Assembly: GCA_014359355.1 (NCBI GenBank)
Contig: JACIZP010000177.1
Span: forward strand, 662-64,661
Length of the DNA: 64,000 nucleotides
Reading direction: 5' to 3'
Source of the DNA: Calditrichota bacterium
GTDB taxonomy: Bacteria; Zhuqueibacterota; Zhuqueibacteria; JANLFK01; Oleimicrobiaceae
Shown: piece after piece, positions 37,620-46,303 of the stretch
Layout of the letters: each line of letters opens with the position of its first letter
How positions within the stretch are numbered: the first letter of the stretch is position 1
Notes under the pieces: model-generated
What the model saw: the letters and a program-made list of their open reading frames with translations, nothing else
Databases searched by the model: none
Told to the model about the DNA's origin: nothing
Position numbers and translations under genes: made by a program

Positions 37620-39404
37620 ATGAGCAGGATTAGCCAGGCGACACGAGTCTTCTCGGGCCTTCGAGGCAAGCCGGCGGCACCGGCCCGGCCGTGCAGGACG
37701 AAGAGCTCCGCGGGCAGGTGCCTCCCCTGTGCGCCGCCTCCTGTCCGGTCGCAAGCTCCCCTGCTGGTTGCCTTGGGGCTCCTTGCCGCCGCGGCAGTGC
37801 TGTGGCTGAGCTGTGCCCCGCATGTGCCTCCTGCCGGAGTGCCGGTCCCCCCGCAAGAGCCTGAGGTCACCATCCGCGTCGGCATTGTGCAGGGGCGGGA
37901 CAGAGTAGAGTTTGCCACAGCCGATCCCTACCGCATCGTTGAAGCTGGGGGCAAGGTTCTCATCGACAAGGGGCAGGCGCGCTCGCTGTGGGAGGTGACG
38001 GTGGAAGGCGGCAGGCCAGCGCCCTCGGTCTTTTTGCTGGTCGTGCAGACCACCAAGGACCGGGCTGCCGCCGAGCGGCTCCTGGCAGACCTTCGCGCCA
38101 AAGGCGTGGAAGCCACCGTCGACGTGCTGGGCAAGGTGGTGCAGGTGGGCGGCAGAGAGTTGCGCGACTACCGCACCTACCGCGTGCGCCTGAAGCGCCT
38201 GTTCCCCTCCAGACAGGAGGCGCAAAGGTGGCAGGGGAACGTGGCCGGCATCTGGACCACCATCGTGGAAGAGCCCGGGCACACACCAGAGGGCACTCTC
38301 TCCCTGCGCAACGTGCACACAGGCCAACGCATCTTCTCCTCGCTGCCCGTGCGCATAGAAGGCTCGCGCGTGGCCATCAAAGATGTGCCGGTCGCGGAAG
38401 GTTACATCCACGAGCGGCGCGAAAACCGCCTATTTCGCGGTGCGATGGAGTTTATGGTGGACAGGGCCGGCAAAGTCACGGTGGTAAACGTGGTGAGCCT
38501 TGAAGACTATTTGCGCGGGGTGGTGCCCTACGAGATGCACGGCGATTTCCCCTTGGAGGCGCTCAAGGCGCAAGCAGTGGCGGCGCGCACCATGGTCCTC
38601 TACACCATGGGCAGCCGCCATCCCTATGACCCCTTCGACGTGTGCGCCGACGTTCATTGCCAGGTCTACGGCGGAGTGGTCGCCGAGACTGAGCAGAGCA
38701 ACTCAGCGGTCCTCGCCACCGCAGGGGAGGTGCTCACCTACGGCGGGCAACTGTGCGAGGTGGTCTTTTCCAGCTGCTGTGGAGGACACACCGAGCACAA
38801 CGAAAACGTTTGGCAAGGCACCGCTCAGCCATACCTTCGCGGCGTGCTCGACATCGAGGAAGGGGCAAGGTTCACCGGCAGGTACGACTTGGCCAAGGAG
38901 GAGGTGCTGCGTCGCTGGATCGAGGGGCGGCCTGCGGTGTTCTGCAACGTTGGTCAGTCATCCGTGCCAGCCGGTTTCGGGTATGCTGCTGAAGCCTTCC
39001 GCTGGGAGCTAAAGGTGAGCGCCAGCCAAATCCGCCGCACGGTACTCGCCGCCACTGGCCAGGACCCTGGGGAGGTCACAGAGCTTGTCCCCCTGCAACG
39101 CGGTGTCTCTGGCCGCATCGTGCGCCTGCAAGTGAAGGGCAGGAACAAGACCGTCACCCTTTCCCAGGAGCTGAACATCCGCAAGGCGCTGGCCGAGCCC
39201 CCACTGCGCAGCTCGTGCATCGTCATCGATCGGGAGCAGACGGCATCCGGGGAGGTTTTTTTCCACATCCGCGGCGCGGGCTCGGGGCACGGAGTGGGCA
39301 TGTGCCAGACCGGCGCCGCCATGATGGCTCTGCGTCACGGCAAGGACTACCGCCAGATCCTCCGCCACTACTTCACCGGAGCAGAGATCACCGGGCTCTA
39401 TTGA
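37620..39404 (+). CDS. SpoIID/LytB-domain protein (peptidoglycan-remodelling, lytic transglycosylase-like)
   Basis: Start at MSRISQ... with N-terminal TM anchor; 'LEDYLRGVVPYEMHGDFPLEALKAQAVAARTMVLY' and 'DVCADVHCQVYGG' SpoIID/LytB signatures. Confidence 0.7.
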   Translation: MSRISQATRVFSGLRGKPAAPARPCRTKSSAGRCLPCAPPPVRSQAPLLVALGLLAAAAVLWLSCAPHVPPAGVPVPPQEPEVTIRVGIVQGRDRVEFATADPYRIVEAGGKVLIDKGQARSLWEVTVEGGRPAPSVFLLVVQTTKDRAAAERLLADLRAKGVEATVDVLGKVVQVGGRELRDYRTYRVRLKRLFPSRQEAQRWQGNVAGIWTTIVEEPGHTPEGTLSLRNVHTGQRIFSSLPVRIEGSRVAIKDVPVAEGYIHERRENRLFRGAMEFMVDRAGKVTVVNVVSLEDYLRGVVPYEMHGDFPLEALKAQAVAARTMVLYTMGSRHPYDPFDVCADVHCQVYGGVVAETEQSNSAVLATAGEVLTYGGQLCEVVFSSCCGGHTEHNENVWQGTAQPYLRGVLDIEEGARFTGRYDLAKEEVLRRWIEGRPAVFCNVGQSSVPAGFGYAAEAFRWELKVSASQIRRTVLAATGQDPGEVTELVPLQRGVSGRIVRLQVKGRNKTVTLSQELNIRKALAEPPLRSSCIVIDREQTASGEVFFHIRGAGSGHGVGMCQTGAAMMALRHGKDYRQILRHYFTGAEITGLY

Positions 39405-39405
39405 C

Positions 39406-40296
39406 ATGCGCGTGCTCATGATCTTCGTGGACGGGCTCGGGATCGGCCGCCACGACCCCGCGTGGAATCCCTGCAGCGCTGAGGGTCTGCGCTTCTTCAA
39501 CAACTTTGCCGATCGTCAGCGCCCGGAGCCCGTGCCGTTCGGCGGCATGGTGCTCGGTCTGGACGCCACCCTGGGTCTGCCTGGCTTGCCGCAGAGTGCC
39601 ACCGGTCAGACTGCGCTGCTCACGGGCGTCAATGCTGCCCAGCTTCTCGGCCGCCACCTCAACGGCTTTCCCAACGGCAAGCTGCGTGAGGTCATTGCCC
39701 AGCACTCCCTGCTCAAGCTCCTGGCCGAGCGTGGCCGCAAGGTAGCCTTCCTCAACGCCTTCCGCCCGCCTTTCTTCGACTATGATCCTTTTCAGATCAT
39801 CCGCCACCTGTCGGTGACGAGCGTGTGCAATCTGTACGCAGGGCTGCGCTTCTTCGACCTCGACGACCTGCGCGCCCGCCGCTGCATCTACCAGGACTTT
39901 AGCAATGAGGCGCTGCGTCGCCGCGGGTACGAGCTCCCCCTGTTCTCGCCCGAAGAAGCAGGAACGATCCTTGGTACGCAGGCTGCTGCCTACGACTTTT
40001 GCCTGTACGAGTACTTCCAAACTGACCGGGCTGGCCACGCGCAGGAGACGTCGACGGCAGTGCAACTGCTCCGCGACCTGGAGAGGTTCGTGGCCGCCAC
40101 GTTGCAGAGCGTTGACTTGCAGGAGACCCTGGTGGTGCTTACCAGCGACCACGGCAACATCGAAGACCTGTCCGTTAAGGGGCACACCCGCAATCCGGCA
40201 ATGACCCTGATCTGGGGCCGTGGAAAGGAGGATTTCGCCTCGGGCATGAGCTCCATCCTCGACGTCGCCCCGAAGATCCTCGAGCTGCTCGGCTAA
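39406..40296 (+). CDS. Alkaline-phosphatase-superfamily metalloenzyme (cofactor-independent phosphoglycerate mutase/phosphopentomutase-like)
   Basis: 'MRVLMIFVDGLGIG' N-terminal metal-binding Asp motif and C-terminal 'VVLTSDHGNIED...GHT' of the metalloenzyme family. Confidence 0.5.
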   Translation: MRVLMIFVDGLGIGRHDPAWNPCSAEGLRFFNNFADRQRPEPVPFGGMVLGLDATLGLPGLPQSATGQTALLTGVNAAQLLGRHLNGFPNGKLREVIAQHSLLKLLAERGRKVAFLNAFRPPFFDYDPFQIIRHLSVTSVCNLYAGLRFFDLDDLRARRCIYQDFSNEALRRRGYELPLFSPEEAGTILGTQAAAYDFCLYEYFQTDRAGHAQETSTAVQLLRDLERFVAATLQSVDLQETLVVLTSDHGNIEDLSVKGHTRNPAMTLIWGRGKEDFASGMSSILDVAPKILELLG

Positions 40297-40336
40297 GTCT
40301 CGGCCTCATCTTCTCTGCCCGCTGCGCAAAAAGGGC

Positions 40337-40365
40337 TTGACACTTCTCATATTATTTGCTATAAT
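40337..40365 (+). promoter_or_regulatory. Perfect-consensus sigma70 promoter TTGACA-17-TATAAT
   Basis: TTGACA 40337-40342, 17-nt spacer, TATAAT 40360-40365, in AT-rich island 80 nt upstream of BFN-nuclease ATG. Confidence 0.6.
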
Positions 40366-40445
40366 TACTCGGCACAAGGCTCCAGTCAACTTCCGGGAAC
40401 GGCCCTGCCGGGGACGGGGCGCGACATTTGCGTGAGGTTCATGAC

Positions 40446-41003
40446 ATGTTAGTCTCGGTACGAGTTGATCGGGTCACGTTGGACACCGCGACGAGTCGGT
40501 TCGTGGTCGTCCTCAGAGACGACGCCCACAATCGCTGGTTGCCAATCGTGGTTGGCTCCACCGAGGCCCAGGCTATCGCCCTCCAGCTGGAGAAGGTAGA
40601 GCCTCCCCGTCCGCTGACCCACGATCTCATGAAGAACCTCCTGGAATCCCTCGACGCCAAAGTGTCGAGAGTTGTAGTCACCGAGCTGCGCGAGAACACC
40701 TACTACGCGAAGATCGGGCTGCAACTTGACGGCAAGAAGCGGGAGATCGACGCACGCCCCAGTGATGCCATCGCCCTCGCCCTGCGCATGAATGCGCCGA
40801 TCTTTGTGGTGGAGGAGGTGATGAAGAAAGCGGCCGTGGTTGACCGGCAGGAGGCCAGGGAGCGCGAAGTGCCGCTGGAGGAGCGCTTAGAGCAACTGGC
40901 GGCGGAACTGGAGGGCGCAATCCAAGAGGAGCGTTACGAGGACGCGGCGCGCCTGCGCGACGAAATACGCAAGCTCAAAGAACAGCAGGCGGCGTCAAAG
41001 TAA
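40446..41003 (+). CDS. Bifunctional nuclease (BFN/DUF151) family protein with C-terminal UVR motif
   Basis: BFN-domain core with UvrB/UvrC-type C-terminal helix 'EERYEDAARLRDEIRKLKE'; GTGAGG RBS. Confidence 0.7.
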   Translation: MLVSVRVDRVTLDTATSRFVVVLRDDAHNRWLPIVVGSTEAQAIALQLEKVEPPRPLTHDLMKNLLESLDAKVSRVVVTELRENTYYAKIGLQLDGKKREIDARPSDAIALALRMNAPIFVVEEVMKKAAVVDRQEAREREVPLEERLEQLAAELEGAIQEERYEDAARLRDEIRKLKEQQAASK

Positions 41004-41118
41004 TCACAGGCACACGCCACCGCCTTTGACGACAAGAACAACCCGCGGCCACGCGGGGCGGAAGAGGTACAGGCCGAAGGCAAGCGCCGCTTGACTTTCG
41101 CTAAGGAAGCACACGGGA

Positions 41119-41148
41119 GGCACTCTGCAGAGTGCCTTTTCTGTTTTT
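41119..41148 (+). terminator. Rho-independent terminator after BFN-nuclease gene
   Basis: GGCACTC-tgca-GAGTGCC hairpin followed by TTTTCTGTTTTT. Confidence 0.65.
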
Positions 41149-41288
41149 CAGCCAACCCCACAAGGCCTGCCAAGCAGCCGGGAACAAGCCCGGTGCAGCC
41201 ATAGGCCAAGGAGTTGGTCGCTGCGTGGCGAAGTGGGGGCGTTTCCCTTCTCTCTGTGCCCCCTGGTTTGGCCGCTTGCCGGAGGCCC

Positions 41289-42371
41289 TTAGTAGACACA
41301 CTCGCGCGCCGCGTCGGCATAAGCCTGTAGGTTCTCCACTGGCGCATGGAAGAAGTGGTCGCAGGTGCTGAGAATGTAGCCGCCGCCTGGACCTGCCGCA
41401 GCAAAGTTCTTCAGCACCATTTCGCGGACTTTTTCTGGTGTGCCGTAGGTGAAGCCGTGCGTCTGGTTCATCCCGCCGATCATGCACACGTACTGCCCAA
41501 CCCGTCGCTTTGCTGCGGCCAAATCCACATCGCCGCCGATCTCGCGCGGGGTCAAAGTTTCGATGGCGTCCACCTCCGTGCCCACAATCTTCTCTAAGAT
41601 GGGCATCATGCCGCCGCAGGTGTGGTACACCACCCGCATGCCCACTGCATGCAGGGCGCGGTGCACCTCGCGGTCGTAGGGGGCCACAAACTGCTCGAAG
41701 ATCGTAGGCGAAATCACCGTCGTCGAGGCGTCGCCGCCGCCACCCTCGATGAGGTCGTAGGCGCTGTCCTTGTACTGTTCCACAAAGGCCAGCTTCTTGT
41801 CGCGCAGAATGCGCAGGAACTCGTGCACCCAGGCCGGGTCGTCGAAGGTGGCCATAATCATCTGCTGCGTGCCGTACCACTGGCAGGCGTCTTGCCAGCA
41901 TCCGGGCTGCTGGTACGGAAGCACCCCGCGCACGATGCCGTCGTCGCGCACCCGGTCGCGCCAGGAGGCGACCAGCTCCTTGTCCAGGCGCGGCACAGGC
42001 ATGTATTTTTCGATCCAGCGGATTTGCTCGGGGTGTTTGAGTGGGTAGTCGGCGATCCACGAGGTGTACTGGTCCGCCTCGTACACTGCCACAAAGCTTC
42101 CCTCAGGCGTCGTGATGGTGCGGAGCCAGCGGCGGTAATCGGGCCGCTCCTCAACGACCTCTTCAGTGACCCGCCACTGTGGACTTTCCATGTCCAAGAA
42201 GGGCGAGACATAGATGGACGCATCGAGCCCGAAGCGACGAAAGGCCTCCAGCGGGTCAATGCCGCCCAGGTAGTGGTCGAGGTAGTACTTCATCCAGTCG
42301 TGCAACGTGGCGGGCAAGCGATCCGGCTTGCCGCGCTGCAGTGCCGTCAAAAGGCGTTCCCGTGAGGTCAT
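41289..42371 (-). CDS. Uroporphyrinogen decarboxylase (URO-D)/MtaA-like family protein
   Basis: 360 aa; 'RLPATLHDWMKYY' N-terminus and TIM-barrel-like pattern of URO-D/corrinoid methyltransferase family; precise activity unknown. Confidence 0.5.
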   Translation of the reverse strand: MTSRERLLTALQRGKPDRLPATLHDWMKYYLDHYLGGIDPLEAFRRFGLDASIYVSPFLDMESPQWRVTEEVVEERPDYRRWLRTITTPEGSFVAVYEADQYTSWIADYPLKHPEQIRWIEKYMPVPRLDKELVASWRDRVRDDGIVRGVLPYQQPGCWQDACQWYGTQQMIMATFDDPAWVHEFLRILRDKKLAFVEQYKDSAYDLIEGGGGDASTTVISPTIFEQFVAPYDREVHRALHAVGMRVVYHTCGGMMPILEKIVGTEVDAIETLTPREIGGDVDLAAAKRRVGQYVCMIGGMNQTHGFTYGTPEKVREMVLKNFAAAGPGGGYILSTCDHFFHAPVENLQAYADAARECVY

Positions 42372-43885
42372 GGCTGCGCTCTCTCCTGATGAGATCCGAT
42401 TGCTGCGCCGTCTGCTAAGACGCGGGCGGTGAGGAATGCCAGCCGCGCCGCGGCTGTAAAGAGCTCTGGCCGTAAGGTCTCCGGCCTGTCAGAGGGAAGG
42501 TGCAAATGCTCGTAGCTGTTGGTAGTGGCAAAGTAGAGGTTGGGCACGCCCCGGCGATGGAATGGACCGGCATCGGCTCCGCCGCCCCCTCCAGTAGCTG
42601 CGCTGAGGAGCCGCGTGTGCAACCGGTCCTGTTCCTGCACCAGGGCAAACAGCTCCGAAAAGTCCACTCCCCCATAGACCGCCACGCTGTCGCCGGTGCC
42701 GATGCAATCCAGGTTCAGCATGGCAACGGTCCGCTCCAAGGGAAAGGGTGGGCGACTTGCATAGGCATCGGCGCCCAGCATTCCTTGCTCCTCGCTGGCG
42801 AAAAGGGCAAAGACTATGCTCCTGCGAGGCCGAGAAGACGCTTGCGCAAAGGCCTTGGCGATGGCCATCACCGCCGCGCTCCCGGAGGCATTGTCGTTGG
42901 CCCCCGGGTAGTAGACCTCCGGCGACTGCCGCCCCACGTGGTCGAGGTGCGCGCCGATGACCACGCACTCTTCCTGCACCTGCGGATCAGAGCCAGGCAA
43001 CAGGGCGACCACGTTCATGGTGCGCTTTGCCTTGGCGTAGCGGGCGCGGACCTCCACTCTCACCTTGGTGCGCAAGGGGAACGACCGCGGCATGTGGGTC
43101 GAATCGATGACCGCCTGCAGGGCCGCCAGGTTCACGCCCGCATCCGCCAGCATCTCGTCCGCCAGCGCCACGTCGATGTGCAGCTGTGGGATGTCCTGCT
43201 GCTCGCCAGGTCCATGCATGACGCTGCCGATGGGCCTCTGCACCGGCTGGCTATTTGGGCAAGAGACAAGCAGCAAGGCACGAGCGCCGCGACGGCGCGC
43301 TGCTTCTGCCTTCGGCCTGGGCAGGGCGCGCTCGCCCCAGTTCGCACCTGGCGGTTGCCACGCCGGCGGCTGCTTGAAGGCCAACACCACCTTGCCGCGC
43401 ACATCGACGCCGGCATAGTCGTCGTAGCCATGTTCGGGGCAGGAGAGGCCATAGCCGCAAAAGACCACCGGCGCGGTGACCTTGCCGCTGCCGCTAAAGC
43501 CGCGCGCCACAAATTCCTTGCCCAGCACGCACTCCCGGACCACCTGGCCGCCCGCGCTCAGAATCGCTAAGCGAGGAGGGCTGAGCAACTCATTGTACTC
43601 CACATCCAGGTACTGGAAGTAGCCCTGGTCCCCGGCCGGGCGCAAGCCGAGCCGCTCGAACCACGCCGCAGCATAAGCGGCTGCTTTGTCGTACCCCTTG
43701 CTTCCTGGCAATCTGCCGTCCAGCTCGGGCCGACAGAGCTCGCGCACAATTTCCATCAGCGTCGGCGCGTCGATCGCCTCCGCACCGGCCTGCCCTGAGG
43801 ACACGCCTGCGCTGCCGCACAGGAACAGCAGGACCACCAACGCCCCTTCAACACCCCGTACGACCCTCGATTTCGTGGATCTCAC
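42368..43885 (-). CDS. M28-family aminopeptidase with PA domain, secreted
   Basis: Signal peptide; 'NVVALLPGSDPQ...VIGAHLDHVG' and 'GANDNASGSAAVMAIAKAF' zinc-ligand motifs; 4-nt overlap with downstream gene. Confidence 0.8.
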   Translation of the reverse strand: MRSTKSRVVRGVEGALVVLLFLCGSAGVSSGQAGAEAIDAPTLMEIVRELCRPELDGRLPGSKGYDKAAAYAAAWFERLGLRPAGDQGYFQYLDVEYNELLSPPRLAILSAGGQVVRECVLGKEFVARGFSGSGKVTAPVVFCGYGLSCPEHGYDDYAGVDVRGKVVLAFKQPPAWQPPGANWGERALPRPKAEAARRRGARALLLVSCPNSQPVQRPIGSVMHGPGEQQDIPQLHIDVALADEMLADAGVNLAALQAVIDSTHMPRSFPLRTKVRVEVRARYAKAKRTMNVVALLPGSDPQVQEECVVIGAHLDHVGRQSPEVYYPGANDNASGSAAVMAIAKAFAQASSRPRRSIVFALFASEEQGMLGADAYASRPPFPLERTVAMLNLDCIGTGDSVAVYGGVDFSELFALVQEQDRLHTRLLSAATGGGGGADAGPFHRRGVPNLYFATTNSYEHLHLPSDRPETLRPELFTAAARLAFLTARVLADGAAIGSHQERAQP

Positions 43886-44014
43886 CCGCAGGCGTTCCTT
43901 TCTCCTTTTCGCCCGTAACTCGGCAAACTGCTTTTCCCTTGCGTTCGGCCGCCAGCCACGACCGACACTCTGCCTGCCCCGTGGAGCGGTAGCACTCCGC
44001 CCGCCCGTCTGGCC

Positions 44015-44415
44015 TCACTTTTTCTCGTAGGCGTGATGGGCGCGCGAAAAGTGCTCATGCACGACCTTCCACTGGCCGTCGCGCTTGGCGTACACGTGCG
44101 TGCCCCGTCCCTCGATGACCCGCGGCTTGCCCTTCTTGTGCAGCGTCACGGTCCAGTAGAAGCTGACCACCGCCACATCGCCGAGCACCTGCACCTGCGG
44201 CTGGAGGATCTTAAAGTCCACCTTGTCCGCCTGCGTGAGGTAGTACTCGATGGTCTGCCGCAGGGCGCGCAGGCCCTTCAGGCGCGCATGGCGTGTCGAA
44301 GAGAAACCGACGAGTTCCGAGTCAAAGTGCGCCAAAATGGCCTTCACGTCGCCCTGGTTGAAGGCCTTGGCCTGCGCCTTCTCCAGGTCCACCAACGTCT
44401 TCTTGAGGTCTTCCA
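44015..44415 (-). CDS. NTF2-like/SnoaL-like (DUF4440) small protein
   Basis: 133 aa from MEDLKK (AGGAGG RBS); cone-shaped alpha+beta fold pattern. Confidence 0.5.
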
Positions 44416-44693
44416 TGTGCGTTCTCCTCCTGCGCTGGTTTGCAGGCACAAAGGGCCACCGCATGCCGTGCCGCCGCGGAAGCATGCGGTCCCTCTGCGA
44501 TTATCCACATCCCCAGCACGTCGTCAGCGGCCACTCGGCCTTTCGCGCCCTCCGCTACAACGGGGAACGCCGAGTAGGCTTCACTGCGGCCTGCTTGGTC
44601 GCTGCATCCGCCTCACTTCTCGGTCCTTTGGGCAAAGGACCCTTCGACCAAAAGCCCGCCGCGCCATACCGGCATGAAGCTGCCGCTGTCAAT

Positions 44694-44729
44694 ATTGAGC
44701 AAAATTTAGCAAAAAATCAAGACGTTTGT
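44694..44729. repeat. Intergenic motif copy B (AATTTAGCAAAAAAATCAAGACGTTTGTGAGGGTGGC)
   Basis: Matches copy A at 27067-27111; an inverted partial copy TTGCTAAATTTGC sits at 44943-44955 just upstream of the GT9 start. Confidence 0.5.
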
Positions 44730-44975
44730 GAGGGTGGCAAGAAGCACGGGGCTGCTCAGAGCCGAGGGCCCAGCGCGTGGACGGTATGCATGGCACGCCA
44801 GAGGCGTGCGCACCCAGGGCGACACCAATGACGGGCCGGGAGGCCCGCGCACCCCGGGCGCACCCAAGACCACTTCTATTCCCGAGAGGCCGATTGAAGA
44901 AAGGATGTGGCGCCATTTTCCCCTTTGTTTTTGCCTATGGGGTTGCTAAATTTGCCACACCAGCTTTGGAGGGCT

Positions 44976-46172
44976 ATGGCAAGTCTGTTCGACACATTGC
45001 ACCGCCTTCTGCGGCGGCCGCAGATTCACGACGCGCAGCGCAAGGCGAAGGTGCTGCTCTTCCGCGGCCTGCGCAGCTTCTTCCCGGTGTCCACCATGAG
45101 CGTACAGGAGATCGGCCATCTGCGGCGCATCCTCGTGGTGCGCCAGCACAATCAGCTCGGCGACATGCTGTGCGCCACACCGACTTTTCGCCTCCTGCGC
45201 CAGGCTTACCCACACGCGGAAATCACCCTCATCACCAGTCCGGCCAACTACCCGGCGGTGCAGAACAGCATCCGCCTGGACCGCGTGCTGGTGTTCGACA
45301 AGATCGGCTTTGCCAAGCAGCCCCGTCGCTACTGGCACTTTTTGCGCACGCTGCGTTCCCTGCGGCCAGACGTGGCCATTGTCCTGTCCACGGTCTCCAT
45401 GTCGGTGACCTCGGACGTGCTCGCCTATTTGTCGCGCGCCCGCTATCGTCTCGGTCCGGCTGCGATCGACGGGGTGCCCAACACCACGGGCTTTCTCTTC
45501 AACGTGCCGGTCACGCTCAATTGGCGCGAGCAGCCGCATCGCCACCAGGCTTTGCGCAACATGGACATGCTCGGCCCCCTGGGCCTGAGCAGCACCGACC
45601 TGCAGGCGGAGCTCTTCCCCACCGCGGATGAGCAAGCGCGGGCGGCAGAGCTCCTGGCGCGCTTGGGCGCAGTGGTCAAGGTAGGAATTCACCCTGGGGC
45701 GGGCAAGCCGGCAAACCGCTGGCCGGCAGCTCATTTTGCGGCGTTGGCCAATACCTTGGCGCAGCAGTTCGGTGCCCACATCATCGTCTCCGCCGGCCCA
45801 GATGACGGGCAAGTGCTTGCGGAGCTCTTGCCTGCGCTGCAGGCGCCCCACACGTTGTGCCTGAATCGTCCGCTCGGCGAGCTTGCCGCCATCATCGCTG
45901 GCCTGGACGTGATGGTCACCAACGACACCGGGGTCATGCACGTGGCCGGCACGACCCGGGTGCCGCTCATCTCGCTGTTTGGCGCCACGGATCCGGAGCA
46001 ATGGGCTCCCTCGCGGCCCGGAAGCTACTACCTGCAGCGGCCGCGGTTGAGCGACATCAGCGTGGAGGAGGTGGTGGCCCTTGTGAGCAGACTGCTGAGG
46101 GAAACCCAACGCCCGGGAGCGTCTCCCAGGCGCGGGCGCAGGCGCAAGGCGAAAAGGGCCGTGGCCGGCTGA
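44976..46172 (+). CDS. Glycosyltransferase family 9 (ADP-heptose:LPS heptosyltransferase-like)
   Basis: 'RILVVRQHNQLGDMLCATPTFRLLRQAYPHAEITLI' GT9 N-terminal signature and C-terminal 'MVTNDTGVMHVAG'. Confidence 0.75.
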   Translation: MASLFDTLHRLLRRPQIHDAQRKAKVLLFRGLRSFFPVSTMSVQEIGHLRRILVVRQHNQLGDMLCATPTFRLLRQAYPHAEITLITSPANYPAVQNSIRLDRVLVFDKIGFAKQPRRYWHFLRTLRSLRPDVAIVLSTVSMSVTSDVLAYLSRARYRLGPAAIDGVPNTTGFLFNVPVTLNWREQPHRHQALRNMDMLGPLGLSSTDLQAELFPTADEQARAAELLARLGAVVKVGIHPGAGKPANRWPAAHFAALANTLAQQFGAHIIVSAGPDDGQVLAELLPALQAPHTLCLNRPLGELAAIIAGLDVMVTNDTGVMHVAGTTRVPLISLFGATDPEQWAPSRPGSYYLQRPRLSDISVEEVVALVSRLLRETQRPGASPRRGRRRKAKRAVAG

Positions 46173-46303
46173 CCTGGTCGAGGCGGGGGCTGAACCTCGG
46201 GGAGCTTGTCGGAGGCTGGAGTGACGGCCCAATGGGGCTCATGGAGCTGGTTGGGTGAACTTTCGCGTGGGGAGTTACGACTTACTGAAGACAACGGAGG
46301 CAG

